A DNA stretch of 64,000 bases from an uncultured cyanobacterium (lineage in GTDB: Bacteria; Cyanobacteriota; Cyanobacteriia; PCC-6307; Cyanobiaceae): NCBI GenBank assembly GCA_963697335.1, contig CAVONQ010000002.1, forward strand, positions 249,704 through 313,703, in the 5' to 3' direction. The notes beneath the pieces were generated by a model. The model was not told where the DNA came from and did not search any database. It saw only the letters and a list, made by a program, of their open reading frames with translations. Shown here piece by piece: positions 9,768-19,798 of this stretch. Both the position numbers and the translations under genes were made by a program. Every line of letters begins with the position of its first letter. The first letter of the stretch is position 1.

Positions 9768-10039
9768 CGGGCTGCGGCTCAACGGGGTGTCGTTCAAGGG
9801 GCTCGGTCGCGCTTCGACCCCATCAGGCCATGGCGAGTGGCCGCCGTCAAAGCGGTGCCCGGGGCCCCATCCCGCCTGGACGCACGCTGAGAAGTGAGTG
9901 GGGATGGGGTGTTCCGGGAGAACCGTTGCGGCCAGGCCCGGTCCCGTCAGGTCAGGCTCCGGGCCGTCAACGGGAGAACCGCTTTTCCCCGCCGATTGGT
10001 CCCAGGGGGGGCGCTGGGCCGGATGGCCGCCGTGAAGCC

Positions 10040-10116
10040 TGGGGAAAACCCCCCAGGCCAGTGGGGAAAAACGAGGGGAGTGGCGGAAAAGTTGATTGCT
10101 CAGCATTGGTGATCGG
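10040..10116 (-). promoter_or_regulatory. Triple TTTTCC(C/G)C(A/C) box element upstream of DUF2811 paralog 1
   Basis: Boxes at 10090-10082, 10070-10062 and 10048-10040; homologous to 26841-26918. Confidence 0.6.
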
Positions 10117-10248
10117 TCGCAGCGGTGCCGAGCCCCTCAGGTCATGGCCCGGCCCGGTGAGCCAGAAGCACTTCGACGAGTTGTATCAATCGCGCCATTA
10201 GGGGGGGTGGTCGACGGGCTTGGCTAGCCGTCAGCCCATTTCCGGACT

Positions 10249-12417
10249 ATGCCTTCCAACCCGCGGCTTCACGCCATCGACACGATCCTGGCGCGGCCCC
10301 TGGTGCCCACCATGCCTGCCACATCGCTCGAAGAGCTGTGGGCCAGCGATGTGTTCACGCTCGAGAAGATGAAGTCGGCGTTGCCGAAGAACGTCTTCAA
10401 GTCGATCCAGCGCTGCATCCGTGAAGGCAGCAAGCTCGATACCTCCGTGGCCGATGTGGTCGCCCAGGCGATGAAGGACTGGGCCACCGGCCGCGGTGCC
10501 CTGTACTACGCCCACGTCTTCTACCCGCTCACCAACCTCACCGCCGAGAAGCATGACGGCTTCATCTCGGCCCAGGGTGATGGTTCGGCCTTCACCGAAT
10601 TCAGTGGCAAGGTGCTGGTTCAGGGGGAGCCTGACGGCTCGTCCTTCCCCAACGGCGGCATTCGCTCCACCTTTGAAGCCCGCGGCTACACCGCCTGGGA
10701 CGTGACCAGCCCGGCCTATCTGATGGAGACCCCCAACGGGGTCACCCTCTGCATCCCCACCGTGTTCGTGTCCTGGACCGGTGAGGCCCTCGACAAGAAG
10801 ACCCCGCTGCTGCGCTCCAACAAGGCCATGAACAAGCAGGCCCAGCGCCTGCTGACCCTGCTGGGTGAAACCGAAATCGCCACGGTCAACTCCAGCTGCG
10901 GTGCTGAGCAGGAATACTTCCTGGTGGATTCGGCCTTCACCGCCCTGCGCCCCGACTTGCAGCTCGCCGGCCGCACCCTGGTGGGAGCCCCTCCGGCCAA
11001 GGGCCAGCAGTTCGACGACCACTACTTCGGCGCCATCCCCGAACGGGTGCAGGTGTTCATGCAGGACGTCGAGCGGCAGATGTATCGCCTCGGCATTCCC
11101 GCCAAGACCCGCCACAACGAGGTGGCTCCTGGGCAGTTCGAGCTGGCGCCCTTTTTCGAGGCCGCCAACGTGGCCACCGACCACCAGCAGCTCACGATGA
11201 CCTTGCTCAAGAGCACGGCCAAGAAGCACGGCTTCAGCTGCCTGCTGCACGAGAAGCCCTTCGCCGGGGTCAACGGCAGCGGCAAGCACGTCAACTGGTC
11301 GATCGGCAATCCCACCCAGGGCAACCTGCTCGATCCCGGCTCCACGCCCCACGAGAACATGCAGTTCCTGCTGTTCTGTTCGGCCGTGATCCGCGGCGTG
11401 CACCTGTTCGGTCCGCTGATGCGGGCGGCCATCGCCACCGCCAGCAACGACCATCGCCTCGGTGCCAATGAGGCGCCGCCGGCAATCATCTCGGTGTATC
11501 TGGGCAGCCAGCTGGAGGATGTGTTCCAGCAGATCCGCGCGGGCAACCTGCAGGGTTCGGCCCAGGCGGCGTTGATGTCCCTGGGGATCGACACCCTGCC
11601 CGAGCTCAACAAGGATCCCGGCGACCGCAACCGCACCTCACCCTTCGCCTTCACCGGCAATCGCTTCGAGTTCAGGGCCGTCGGCTCGGGCCAGTCGGTG
11701 GCCGGTCCGCTGGTGGTGCTGAACACGATCCTGGCCGATTCCCTGGAGTGGGTGAACGACCAGCTGGAGGCCGCCATGGCCGCCGGCAGCAGCCTCGATG
11801 AGGCGGCCCTGGCGGTGATGAAGGACGTCATGAATCAGCACGGTGATGTGGTGTTCGGGGGGGATGGCTATTCCGACGAGTGGCACCGCATGGCGGTGGA
11901 GGAGCGGGGACTCGAGAACCTGCCCACATCCGCCGATGCCCTGCCGGTGCTGGAGCGGCCTGACGTGAGGGCCCTGTTCGAGCGCCAGGGCGTGCTCTCG
12001 CCGCTGGAGCTCGAGAGCCGTTTCGAGGTGTATGCCGAGCAGTACGTGCAGGCCATCGAGGTGGAGGCCCGCCTGCTGCTGCGCATGGCCCGCACCCAGA
12101 TCTATCCGGCGGTGTCGGACACCCTGGGCAAGATGGCGTTCTCGATCAAGAGCCAGGAGAAGGTGGGTCTGTCCCCCGACACCTCCATGCTCAAGACGAT
12201 GGAGTCCCTGGGCAGCGATCTGCTCGCGGGCTGCACGGCCCTGGAGGAGGCCATGGCTGTCCATCCCGACGGCATTCATGCCCACCTGCGCCACTGCGCC
12301 GATGGGGTGCTGCCGGTGATGCTCAAGATCCGGGCCGCCGCCGATGGTCTCGAGCAGCTCATCGACGATGACGCCTGGCCGCTGCCCACCTACCAGGAGA
12401 TGCTGTTCATGCGCTGA
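10249..12417 (+). CDS. glnN: Glutamine synthetase type III
   Basis: 722 aa; [51 protein letters not shown]. Confidence 0.95.
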   Translation: MPSNPRLHAIDTILARPLVPTMPATSLEELWASDVFTLEKMKSALPKNVFKSIQRCIREGSKLDTSVADVVAQAMKDWATGRGALYYAHVFYPLTNLTAEKHDGFISAQGDGSAFTEFSGKVLVQGEPDGSSFPNGGIRSTFEARGYTAWDVTSPAYLMETPNGVTLCIPTVFVSWTGEALDKKTPLLRSNKAMNKQAQRLLTLLGETEIATVNSSCGAEQEYFLVDSAFTALRPDLQLAGRTLVGAPPAKGQQFDDHYFGAIPERVQVFMQDVERQMYRLGIPAKTRHNEVAPGQFELAPFFEAANVATDHQQLTMTLLKSTAKKHGFSCLLHEKPFAGVNGSGKHVNWSIGNPTQGNLLDPGSTPHENMQFLLFCSAVIRGVHLFGPLMRAAIATASNDHRLGANEAPPAIISVYLGSQLEDVFQQIRAGNLQGSAQAALMSLGIDTLPELNKDPGDRNRTSPFAFTGNRFEFRAVGSGQSVAGPLVVLNTILADSLEWVNDQLEAAMAAGSSLDEAALAVMKDVMNQHGDVVFGGDGYSDEWHRMAVEERGLENLPTSADALPVLERPDVRALFERQGVLSPLELESRFEVYAEQYVQAIEVEARLLLRMARTQIYPAVSDTLGKMAFSIKSQEKVGLSPDTSMLKTMESLGSDLLAGCTALEEAMAVHPDGIHAHLRHCADGVLPVMLKIRAAADGLEQLIDDDAWPLPTYQEMLFMR

Positions 12418-12485
12418 GGCCGGCTGGCTCGCACCTTCAGTTCCCTCTGGGCAGGATGGCAAAAGTCCCCTGCCCGGAATGTCCC

Positions 12486-12602
12486 ATGGATCCAGACGTG
12501 GCCCTTCCGATCGGCGCGGGCCTGGTGATGATTCTGTTGATCGTGGTGGGCGCGGTGGTGATCGTGCTGCGCCCCAGCGATCTCCCCGACCGCAAGCCCT
12601 GA
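12486..12602 (+). CDS. Small single-TM protein (38 aa)
   Basis: MDPDVALPIGAGLVMILLIVVGAVVIVLRPSDLPDRKP*, below the ORF-track cutoff. Confidence 0.55.
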   Translation: MDPDVALPIGAGLVMILLIVVGAVVIVLRPSDLPDRKP

Positions 12603-12654
12603 TTCGATTCGTTGCAGCAGGCATCGATCTGTTCCACTCCAGCCCGCCCCTCTG

Positions 12655-13158
12655 GTGGCCCTGGCGAGCCCCGTCTATGACGAGGTCATCCCTTCAGGAT
12701 CAGGAGGCCTGCCGTTGATCCGCGCCATCCCCAAGGATTGCCCAGCGGCGAGTCCAGCCCTCAGCCGCCTGGTGGTGGGCCAGGCCCTGGACTATTTCGC
12801 CCTCCATTTCCGGCGTCCGATCGCCATGGCGGCGGTGGCCGACGCCCTGGGCATTTCCGAGGCCTGCCTCGACTTCTGCTTTGACCAGTCGCGGGGCATG
12901 ACCCCCTACGAAGCCCTGCAGCACCATCGGCTCAATCGACTGTTCGCGGCCATCACCCTGCAGCCGCGTCGCTCGCTGACACGGGCCATCCTGGCCTGCG
13001 GCCTGCAGCGCAGTGCGGAGACGGTGAGCCGCTTCGAAGACACCTTCGGCATCGCCATGCCCCTGTTCCTGCTCACCTGCCGCCGGGCCGAGCAAGACCG
13101 CCACTTTCGCCGCCACCACCCGCAGCGGGAGGCCCTGGTGCAGGCCTCAACCGCCTAG
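12655..13158 (+). CDS. AraC-like HTH domain protein
   Basis: ALDYFALHF..IAMAAVADALGIS..F....GMTP; F...FG. Confidence 0.65.
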   Translation: MALASPVYDEVIPSGSGGLPLIRAIPKDCPAASPALSRLVVGQALDYFALHFRRPIAMAAVADALGISEACLDFCFDQSRGMTPYEALQHHRLNRLFAAITLQPRRSLTRAILACGLQRSAETVSRFEDTFGIAMPLFLLTCRRAEQDRHFRRHHPQREALVQASTA

Positions 13159-13272
13159 GGACGCTTCCCTAGGATTGATCTTCGACGTGAGACTTTTCTG
13201 TCAACCCTTGTTGCGGGCGGCCAACGCCCCTTCCTGCTGAGGCGGCTGCTGCACGGCCTGGGCCCCAAGCTG

Positions 13273-14073
13273 ATGCTTCTCATCCATCTGGGCTGCGCCC
13301 TGCTCCTCTGGACTGGACTCGGTGTAGGAGCGGTCCTGTGGGGGGTGGCCCTCTATCTGCTGAGGATGCTCGGCACCACCGCCATCTATCACCGGCTGCT
13401 CACCCATGGCAGCTACCGAGCTCCCCGGATGCTGTGGTGGATCGGCTCCCTGGTGGCCTGCTCCTCTGGCCAGATGGGCCCCAGCTGGTGGAAAGCGCAC
13501 CACCTGCAGCACCATCGCCACGTGGATACGGCCGCCGATCCCCACACACCGCTCCAATCCGCCAACGGCTGGCGCGGCTTCTGGCACTCCCAGGTGGGCT
13601 GGCTGTTCACGCCCCAGTTCCACCCTGCCGAGCTGCCGCCAGACATCGAAGCCGACCCAGTGTTGCGCACGATGGATCGGCTGCACGTGGTGCCCGTGCT
13701 GGCCCTGGGGGCTCTCTCCTGGGGCCTGGGGGGGCTGGAATGGTTGGGTGCCTTCTGTCTCAGCACCGTGGTGCTGTATCACGCTGTGGCCAGTGTGAAT
13801 TCCCTGGCCCACCTCTTTGGTGAGCAGCCCTTCAACACGGGTGATGACAGCCGCAACAATGGCTTCGTGGCCCTGATCACCCTGGGCGAGGGGTGGCACA
13901 ACCTGCACCATGGCTTCCAGGCGTCGGTGCGGCAGGGGTTCACGGTGCGCCACGGCAAGGTGCGCCGCCTGCCTGATCCCACTTACAGCTTCGTGCGCCT
14001 GCTGGAGAGGCTCGGCTGGGCCAGCCAGTTGCGGTTACCGAGTGATCACGCGCTCCTGGCCAGGGCGCGCTGA
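13273..14073 (+). CDS. Membrane fatty acid desaturase (delta-9-like); start may lie further upstream
   Basis: His boxes HRLLTH, HHLQHH, GEGWHNLHH; VNSLAH. Confidence 0.88.
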   Translation: MLLIHLGCALLLWTGLGVGAVLWGVALYLLRMLGTTAIYHRLLTHGSYRAPRMLWWIGSLVACSSGQMGPSWWKAHHLQHHRHVDTAADPHTPLQSANGWRGFWHSQVGWLFTPQFHPAELPPDIEADPVLRTMDRLHVVPVLALGALSWGLGGLEWLGAFCLSTVVLYHAVASVNSLAHLFGEQPFNTGDDSRNNGFVALITLGEGWHNLHHGFQASVRQGFTVRHGKVRRLPDPTYSFVRLLERLGWASQLRLPSDHALLARAR

Positions 14074-14143
14074 AGCTCCTGCTAGCGGCCCCATCCCTGC
14101 GCCACCTACCCCCGCAGTGGCCATCCCCACATCACGCCACACC

Positions 14144-14170
14144 AAAAAGCCGCCCCCGTAAAGGGACGGC
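14144..14170 (-). terminator. Rho-independent terminator of the rbp gene
   Basis: Minus strand GCCGTCCC-TTTAC-GGGGGCGGC-TTTTT. Confidence 0.75.
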
Positions 14171-14239
14171 CAGGTTGAGCTGAATCGGGGATTGGTTGGG
14201 TGGATCAGCTGGTGAGACCAGCCGATTCACCCGGCCAGA

Positions 14240-14557
14240 TCACCAGCGGTTGCCACCGCCACCGCCGTTGCCGCCACCGGCGCCGGCGAACTGGCGTCCG
14301 CCACCACCACCACCGGTGCGGGGCTCAGCCTTGTTGACACGGATGTTGCGGCCCATCCATTCGACGTTCTGAAGATCGTCGATGGCCTTGGTCTCGTCGG
14401 CCTCGTTGGCCATCTCGACAAAGGCGAACCCGCGCTTGCGACCGGTGTCACGGTCGAGGGGCAGGGTGCACTTGCGCACAGCGCCGTATTCGGAGAACAG
14501 GTGCTGAACGTCTTCAACCTCGGCGTCGAACGAGAGGTTGCCTACGTAAATGGTCAT
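14240..14557 (-). CDS. RRM RNA-binding protein with Gly-rich tail (Rbp)
   Basis: RNP2 IYVGNL, RNP1 RGFAFVEM, poly-Gly C-terminus. Confidence 0.95.
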   Translation of the reverse strand: MTIYVGNLSFDAEVEDVQHLFSEYGAVRKCTLPLDRDTGRKRGFAFVEMANEADETKAIDDLQNVEWMGRNIRVNKAEPRTGGGGGGRQFAGAGGGNGGGGGNRW

Positions 14558-14733
14558 GAAATCTGGTCTTTGAGTCAATGAATCGATTCTTCGAGCCCTG
14601 AGAAGAGTCGCTGGCCTAGTGGAGAAATCCTGTTGGAGCCGCCGTTTCGGAGAGAAACCTGCTGAAGACTGCTGTTGAACCTCAATCACCTTACACGACT
14701 GAAGCAGGACACTCCGGCAGCTGGCCTGGAGGC

Positions 14734-17160
14734 TCAGGCCTTCTGGAAGGCGCTTGTGGTGGCCTCCACGGCGATCGGCCGCACGTTCCAGATCCGCTCG
14801 GCGTACTCCTGAATCGACCGATCGCTGGAGAAGAAGCCGCAGCCCATGGTGTTCGCCACCGACATGCGGGCCCAGCGGCTGGGGTCCTGCCAGCAGGCAT
14901 CCACCTGCTCCTGGGCCAGGCGGTAGCTGCCGATGTCGGCCATCACCTTGAAGGGATCGTGGCTGGTGAGGTTGGCCAGCAGGGGGTAGAAGAGGTCGCG
15001 GTCGCCCTCACTGAAGTGGCCGGCGCCGATCAGCTCGATCGCGGCGCGCACCACCGGGTCTTTCTCGATCCAGGGCATGGGGTGGTAGCCCATCTGATCA
15101 AACTCCTGCACCTGTTCAGCGGTGTGGCCGAAGAGGAAGAAATTGTCGGCCCCAACCCGGTCGCGGATTTCCACATTGGCGCCATCGAGGGTGCCGATCG
15201 TGAGGGCGCCGTTGAGGGCCATCTTCATGTTGCCAGTGCCCGAGGCCTCCTTGCCGGCGGTGGAGATCTGCTCGGAGAGATCCACGGCGGGATAGATCTT
15301 CTGGCCGAGGCTCACGCTGAAATTCGGCACGAACACCACCCGCAGCCGCCCCTCCATGGCGGGATCCATGTTGACGATTTCGGCGATGCCGATGATCAGG
15401 CGGATGATCAGCTTGGCCATGGCATAGCCCGGAGCCGCCTTGCCGCCGAAGATCACCGTGCGTGGCGGCAGGTCCTCGCCATTGCGTAGCCGCAGGTAGC
15501 GCTCCACCACGTGCAGGGCCGCCAGGTGCTGGCGCTTGTACTCGTGGATGCGCTTCACCTGCACATCGAAAATCGAGGCCGGATCGAGCAGCAGTCCCTG
15601 GCTCTGGTGGATGTGGCGCACCAGCCTCTGCTTGGAGGCGTCCCGCACCTGCATCCAGCGGGCCAGGAAGCCCGGATCGTCCATGTGGCCGGCGAGTTCC
15701 TGCAGATGGGTGAGATCGCGGCGCCACTGGCTGCCGATCACCTCATCCAGCAGGCTGGCCAGACCGGGGTTGGACACCAGCATCCAGCGCCTTGGGGTGA
15801 CACCGTTGGTGACGTTGGTGAAGCGATCGGGCCAGAGCTCGGCAAAGTCGGAGAGCACGTGGCGACGCAGCAGCTCGCTGTGCAGTTCGGCTACACCGTT
15901 GGTCCTGTGGCAGCCCACCACGGCCAGGTTGGCCATGCGCACCTTGCGGTGGGGTCCCTCCTCGATCAACGAGAGGCGCGCCAGCTTCTCAGGCTGACCC
16001 GGATACTTGATGCGGGCCATGCGCAGGAAGCGTGCGTTGATCTCGTAGATGATCTGCAGGTGGCGGGGCAGCAACTGCTGGAACAGCTCCACCCCCCAGG
16101 TTTCGAGCGCTTCCGGCAGCAGGGTGTGGTTGGTGTAACTGAGGCTGGCGGTGGTGACCCCCCAGGCGGTCTCCCAGTCGAGCTGGTGCTCATCGAGCAG
16201 CAGCCGCATCAGCTCCGCCACGGCAATGGCCGGGTGGGTGTCGTTGAGCTGCACGGCGAACTTGGTGTGGAACGCGCTGGCGGGCAGGCCCTGACCCTTG
16301 AGGATCCTGAACATGTCCTGCAGGGAGCAGCTCACGAAGAAGATCTGCTGGGAGAGGCGCAGGCGTTTGCCCTGCTCCATCTCATCGTTCGGATAAAGCA
16401 CCTTGGAGAGGGTTTCCGACTGCATCTTGTGCAGCACGGCCTTGGTGTAGTCGCCGGCGTTGAAGGAGGCGAAGTCGAGGGCCTCAGGCGCCGCGGCGGC
16501 CCAGAGCCGCAGGGTGTTGGCGGTGCGCACGCCGTAGCCCAGGATCGGTGTGTCGTAGGCCACGCCGATCACCGTGTGCTGGCCGATCGTCACCGGGTAG
16601 CTCCACTCCGGCCGGATCACCTCCCAGGGGTTGCCCTGGGCCAGCCAGGAGTCGGTGACCTCCTGCTGGCCCCGGGAGGTGATCTGCTGACGGAAAATGC
16701 CGAACTCGTAGCGGATGCCGTAGCCGATGGCCGGAATCTCCAGGGTGGCCATCGACTCCTGGAAACAGGCGGCCAGCCTGCCAAGACCGCCGTTGCCCAG
16801 CCCCGGTTCCGGCTCCTCGCTGATCAGTTCCTCCAGATCGAGCCCCAGCTGCTCACAGGCCGCCTCGGCCTCCTGGCGCAGGCCCAGGTTCACCAGGTTG
16901 TTGTCGAGGTGGGGGCCCAGCAGATACTCCGCCGACAGGTACACCGCCGTGCGCACCTGGGCACGGGTGTAGGTCTCGGCGGTGTCGACCCAGTTGTGCA
17001 GCAGGCGATCGCGCACCGCCAGGGCCAGGCTGCGGTAGTGGTCGTGGCGGGTCGCCAGCGAGGGGGCCTTGGCCTGGCTGAAGAACAGATGCCGCTGCAT
17101 GTCTTCAGCCAGGGGCTGGTGGATGAAGCAGCTTCGGCTCGTGGAGCTGGGTTCGGCCAT
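14734..17160 (-). CDS. glgP: Glycogen phosphorylase
   Basis: GLGNGGLGRLAAC, QLNDTHP, NGVTPRRW, KEASGTGNMK (PLP Lys). Confidence 0.96.
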   Translation of the reverse strand: MAEPSSTSRSCFIHQPLAEDMQRHLFFSQAKAPSLATRHDHYRSLALAVRDRLLHNWVDTAETYTRAQVRTAVYLSAEYLLGPHLDNNLVNLGLRQEAEAACEQLGLDLEELISEEPEPGLGNGGLGRLAACFQESMATLEIPAIGYGIRYEFGIFRQQITSRGQQEVTDSWLAQGNPWEVIRPEWSYPVTIGQHTVIGVAYDTPILGYGVRTANTLRLWAAAAPEALDFASFNAGDYTKAVLHKMQSETLSKVLYPNDEMEQGKRLRLSQQIFFVSCSLQDMFRILKGQGLPASAFHTKFAVQLNDTHPAIAVAELMRLLLDEHQLDWETAWGVTTASLSYTNHTLLPEALETWGVELFQQLLPRHLQIIYEINARFLRMARIKYPGQPEKLARLSLIEEGPHRKVRMANLAVVGCHRTNGVAELHSELLRRHVLSDFAELWPDRFTNVTNGVTPRRWMLVSNPGLASLLDEVIGSQWRRDLTHLQELAGHMDDPGFLARWMQVRDASKQRLVRHIHQSQGLLLDPASIFDVQVKRIHEYKRQHLAALHVVERYLRLRNGEDLPPRTVIFGGKAAPGYAMAKLIIRLIIGIAEIVNMDPAMEGRLRVVFVPNFSVSLGQKIYPAVDLSEQISTAGKEASGTGNMKMALNGALTIGTLDGANVEIRDRVGADNFFLFGHTAEQVQEFDQMGYHPMPWIEKDPVVRAAIELIGAGHFSEGDRDLFYPLLANLTSHDPFKVMADIGSYRLAQEQVDACWQDPSRWARMSVANTMGCGFFSSDRSIQEYAERIWNVRPIAVEATTSAFQKA

Positions 17161-17281
17161 GGGAGCCGCGATGGGCAAGGAACGTCGGTCTGTTCTCCTG
17201 CCGGCTCAGCGGCGATGCTGTCGGGATGACTACAGAAGCCCCGACCTGTGAGGGAAGCGGGTCAGAGCTCGTCGGAGCAGC

Positions 17282-17563
17282 TCAGAGCTCGCTCTCCATG
17301 TCGGGCTTGATCGAGCAGTCGCTCTGGGGGTAGCTCACGCACAGCAGCGCGAAGCCGGCCTCGATCTGTTCGTCGTCCAGGAAGCTCTGGTCCGACTGGT
17401 CGACGCTGCCGCTCAGCACCTTGCCGGCGCAGGTGCTGCAGGCGCCGGCCCGGCAGGAATAGGGCAGATCGATGCCGGCTTCTTCAGCCGCATCGAGGAT
17501 GTACGTGTCGTCGCTGCAGCTGAAGCTGCGGCCGTCGTCGAGGCTGATGGTGAAGCTGGCCAT
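17282..17563 (-). CDS. petF: Plant-type 2Fe-2S ferredoxin
   Basis: [13 protein letters not shown]...LLC. Confidence 0.93.
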   Translation of the reverse strand: MASFTISLDDGRSFSCSDDTYILDAAEEAGIDLPYSCRAGACSTCAGKVLSGSVDQSDQSFLDDEQIEAGFALLCVSYPQSDCSIKPDMESEL

Positions 17564-17704
17564 GGCTAGGGAGCCCAGGGCTCACGATGGGCAAATTCCA
17601 TTGCATCCCCGGCGCCGTTTCGTTCATGTGATCGGGAACACCGCTGTGATGATTCGATCACCTGGGCTCTCCTGCCCATCCCCGCCGCCGCAGGCCCGTA
17701 AGCG

Positions 17705-18316
17705 ATGACCACCCCGGCTCCGCCACCCCATGACCTGCTGCTGGTGCGCCACGGCGAGACGGCCTGGAGCCTCTCGGGCCAGCACACCGGCCGCACCGAT
17801 CTGCCGCTCACCGCGCGCGGGGAAGCCCAGGCGCGCCAGCTGCAGCCTGTCCTGGTGGGGCGATCCTTCGCCCTGGTGCTCTGCAGCCCGCTGCAACGCG
17901 CCCGCCAGACCTGTGCCCTGGCGGGACTGGCGGAGCGGGCGGTGCTCGACGCCGACCTGGAGGAGTGGGACTACGGGCGCTATGAGGGGCTCACCACCGA
18001 CCAGATCCATGCTGAGCAACCGGACTGGCTGGTGTTCAGGCACGGCTGCCCGCAGGGCGAATCCCCCGAGGCGGTGGCCCGCCGGGCGGATCGGCTGATC
18101 ACCAGGGCGCGGACGGCCGAGGGGCCGGTGGCGCTGTTCGCCCACGGCCACCTGCTGCGGGTGCTCGCCGCCCGCTGGCTGGGGCTGCCGGCGGCGGCCG
18201 GCGCCCAGCTGCTGCTCGACACGTCCTCCATCTCGGTGCTCTCGTGGTATCGGGGCATCCCGGCTCTCGGCTGCTGGAACGCCCCAGTAGCGGGTCCGGC
18301 TTGGCCTCAGAGCTGA
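17705..18316 (+). CDS. Histidine phosphatase family protein
   Basis: RHGETAW, SPLQRA, E..YG.YEG, AHG. Confidence 0.92.
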   Translation: MTTPAPPPHDLLLVRHGETAWSLSGQHTGRTDLPLTARGEAQARQLQPVLVGRSFALVLCSPLQRARQTCALAGLAERAVLDADLEEWDYGRYEGLTTDQIHAEQPDWLVFRHGCPQGESPEAVARRADRLITRARTAEGPVALFAHGHLLRVLAARWLGLPAAAGAQLLLDTSSISVLSWYRGIPALGCWNAPVAGPAWPQS

Positions 18317-19689
18317 TCGAGGGCTGAGCCCAGGGCGCTGTAGCAGTGCTCGAGCTGGGCCTCGTCGAGGCAGAGCGGCGGCAACAGGTACACCACGTTG
18401 CCGAGGGGACGCACGTACACCCCCTCGGCCAGGCAGTGGCGCTGAATCTGGCGCCCCACCGCGCTGAGGTAGCCCGGCCGGTCCACGGCCACGTCGAAGG
18501 CCGCCACGGTGCCGAGGCAGCGGGGGCGCCGCACCAGCGGCTGGCGGCTGAGGGCCTCCAGCCGCGGCCGGTGGCGAGCCTCGAAGCTGCGGTAGCGCTC
18601 CGGGCAGGCCTCCAGCAGATCGAGGCTGGCGAGGGCCGCCGCGCAGCCCAGGGGATTGGCGGTGAAGCTGTGGCCGTGGAAAAACGTGGCCAGCGGGTCG
18701 CTGCTGATGAAGCCCTGGTACAGCCGCTCGCTGGCCAGGGTCACCCCCATGGGCAGGAAGCCGCCGGTGAGCCCCTTGGAGAGGGCCATCAGGTCGGGCT
18801 GGAGTCCGGCCCGCTGGCAGGCGAACAGCGCACCGCTGCGGCCGAAGCCGGTCATCACCTCATCGGCGATCAGCAGGGCGCCGCTGGCCCGCACCCGCTC
18901 CTGAACCGCCTGCAGGAACGCCGGGCGCACCATGGCCATGCCGGAGGCTCCCTGGATCAGGGGCTCAAGGATCACCGCCGCCGTGGGCACGGCCAGGGCC
19001 CGCTCCAGGGCCTCGAGGGCCGCCTGCTCCCTCCCCTCCACGGTGGCGTCGTCCCAGCAGGTGTGGGGCCAGTCGACCCTGGCCACGGAGAACAGCCAGG
19101 GATCGAAGGGAGTGGTGAACAGGGAGCGGGCCCCCACGGCCATGGCCCCCACGGTGTCGCCGTGGTAGGCACCCTCGAAGGCGATCAGCTGGCGGCGCTC
19201 GGCCCCCTGGTTGTGCCACCACTGCCAGGCGATCTTGAGGGCCACCTCCACCGCCGTGGAGCCGTTGTCGGAGAAGAAGAGCCGCTCCAGCCCCGCCAGG
19301 GCGCTGAGCCGCTCCGCCAGGCGCTCGGCCGGGGCGTGGCTGAAGTCGGCGAAGATCACCTGCTCCAGGGCCTGACACTGGGCGCTGACGGCCGCGGCGA
19401 TGCTGGCTTCGGCGTGGCCGTGCAGGGTCACCCACCAGCTGCTGATGGCATCGATCAGGGTGCGGCCGTCATCGAGCAGCAGCAGGGCGCCGCGGCCGGC
19501 CACGGCCCGCAGCGGCACCGGCGCCGTGGCCACCTGGGTGGTGGGATGCCACAGGTGCGGATGCCAGCGGGGCTGGGGATCGGAGTTCTGCGGCACGTTC
19601 TGGGGGGTGTTCTGCTGCAAGTCCTGCTGCGTGGTGGGCGGGCTGATCCGGGCTGTGGGCGGGCCAGGGGGGGAAGTCTGCTCGGCCAC
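18307..19689 (-). CDS. bioA: Adenosylmethionine-8-amino-7-oxononanoate transaminase
   Basis: DAISSWW, FFSDNGSTAVEVALK, YHGDT, DEVMTGFGR, SKGLTGG. Confidence 0.93.
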   Translation of the reverse strand: MAEQTSPPGPPTARISPPTTQQDLQQNTPQNVPQNSDPQPRWHPHLWHPTTQVATAPVPLRAVAGRGALLLLDDGRTLIDAISSWWVTLHGHAEASIAAAVSAQCQALEQVIFADFSHAPAERLAERLSALAGLERLFFSDNGSTAVEVALKIAWQWWHNQGAERRQLIAFEGAYHGDTVGAMAVGARSLFTTPFDPWLFSVARVDWPHTCWDDATVEGREQAALEALERALAVPTAAVILEPLIQGASGMAMVRPAFLQAVQERVRASGALLIADEVMTGFGRSGALFACQRAGLQPDLMALSKGLTGGFLPMGVTLASERLYQGFISSDPLATFFHGHSFTANPLGCAAALASLDLLEACPERYRSFEARHRPRLEALSRQPLVRRPRCLGTVAAFDVAVDRPGYLSAVGRQIQRHCLAEGVYVRPLGNVVYLLPPLCLDEAQLEHCYSALGSALDQL

Positions 19690-19798
19690 GGCAACAAAGG
19701 TCCATGAACGGAGGTCACGCTCTGTGAGTTTTTACCCAGGGTCCGTCAGATTTTGGACAGAGCTGGATACCTTCCCTCCACGCCCTTTTCTCCCTTCC

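Noticed and set aside
10182..10197. NtcA site upstream of glnN
   Set aside because: Only the half-site GTA; the sequence reads GTA-N8-GCC
19585..19630. Short QN-type repeats in the bioA N-terminus (also the Ser/Thr/Gly run at the arsS start)
   Set aside because: Low-complexity coding linkers, not CRISPR or mobile repeats
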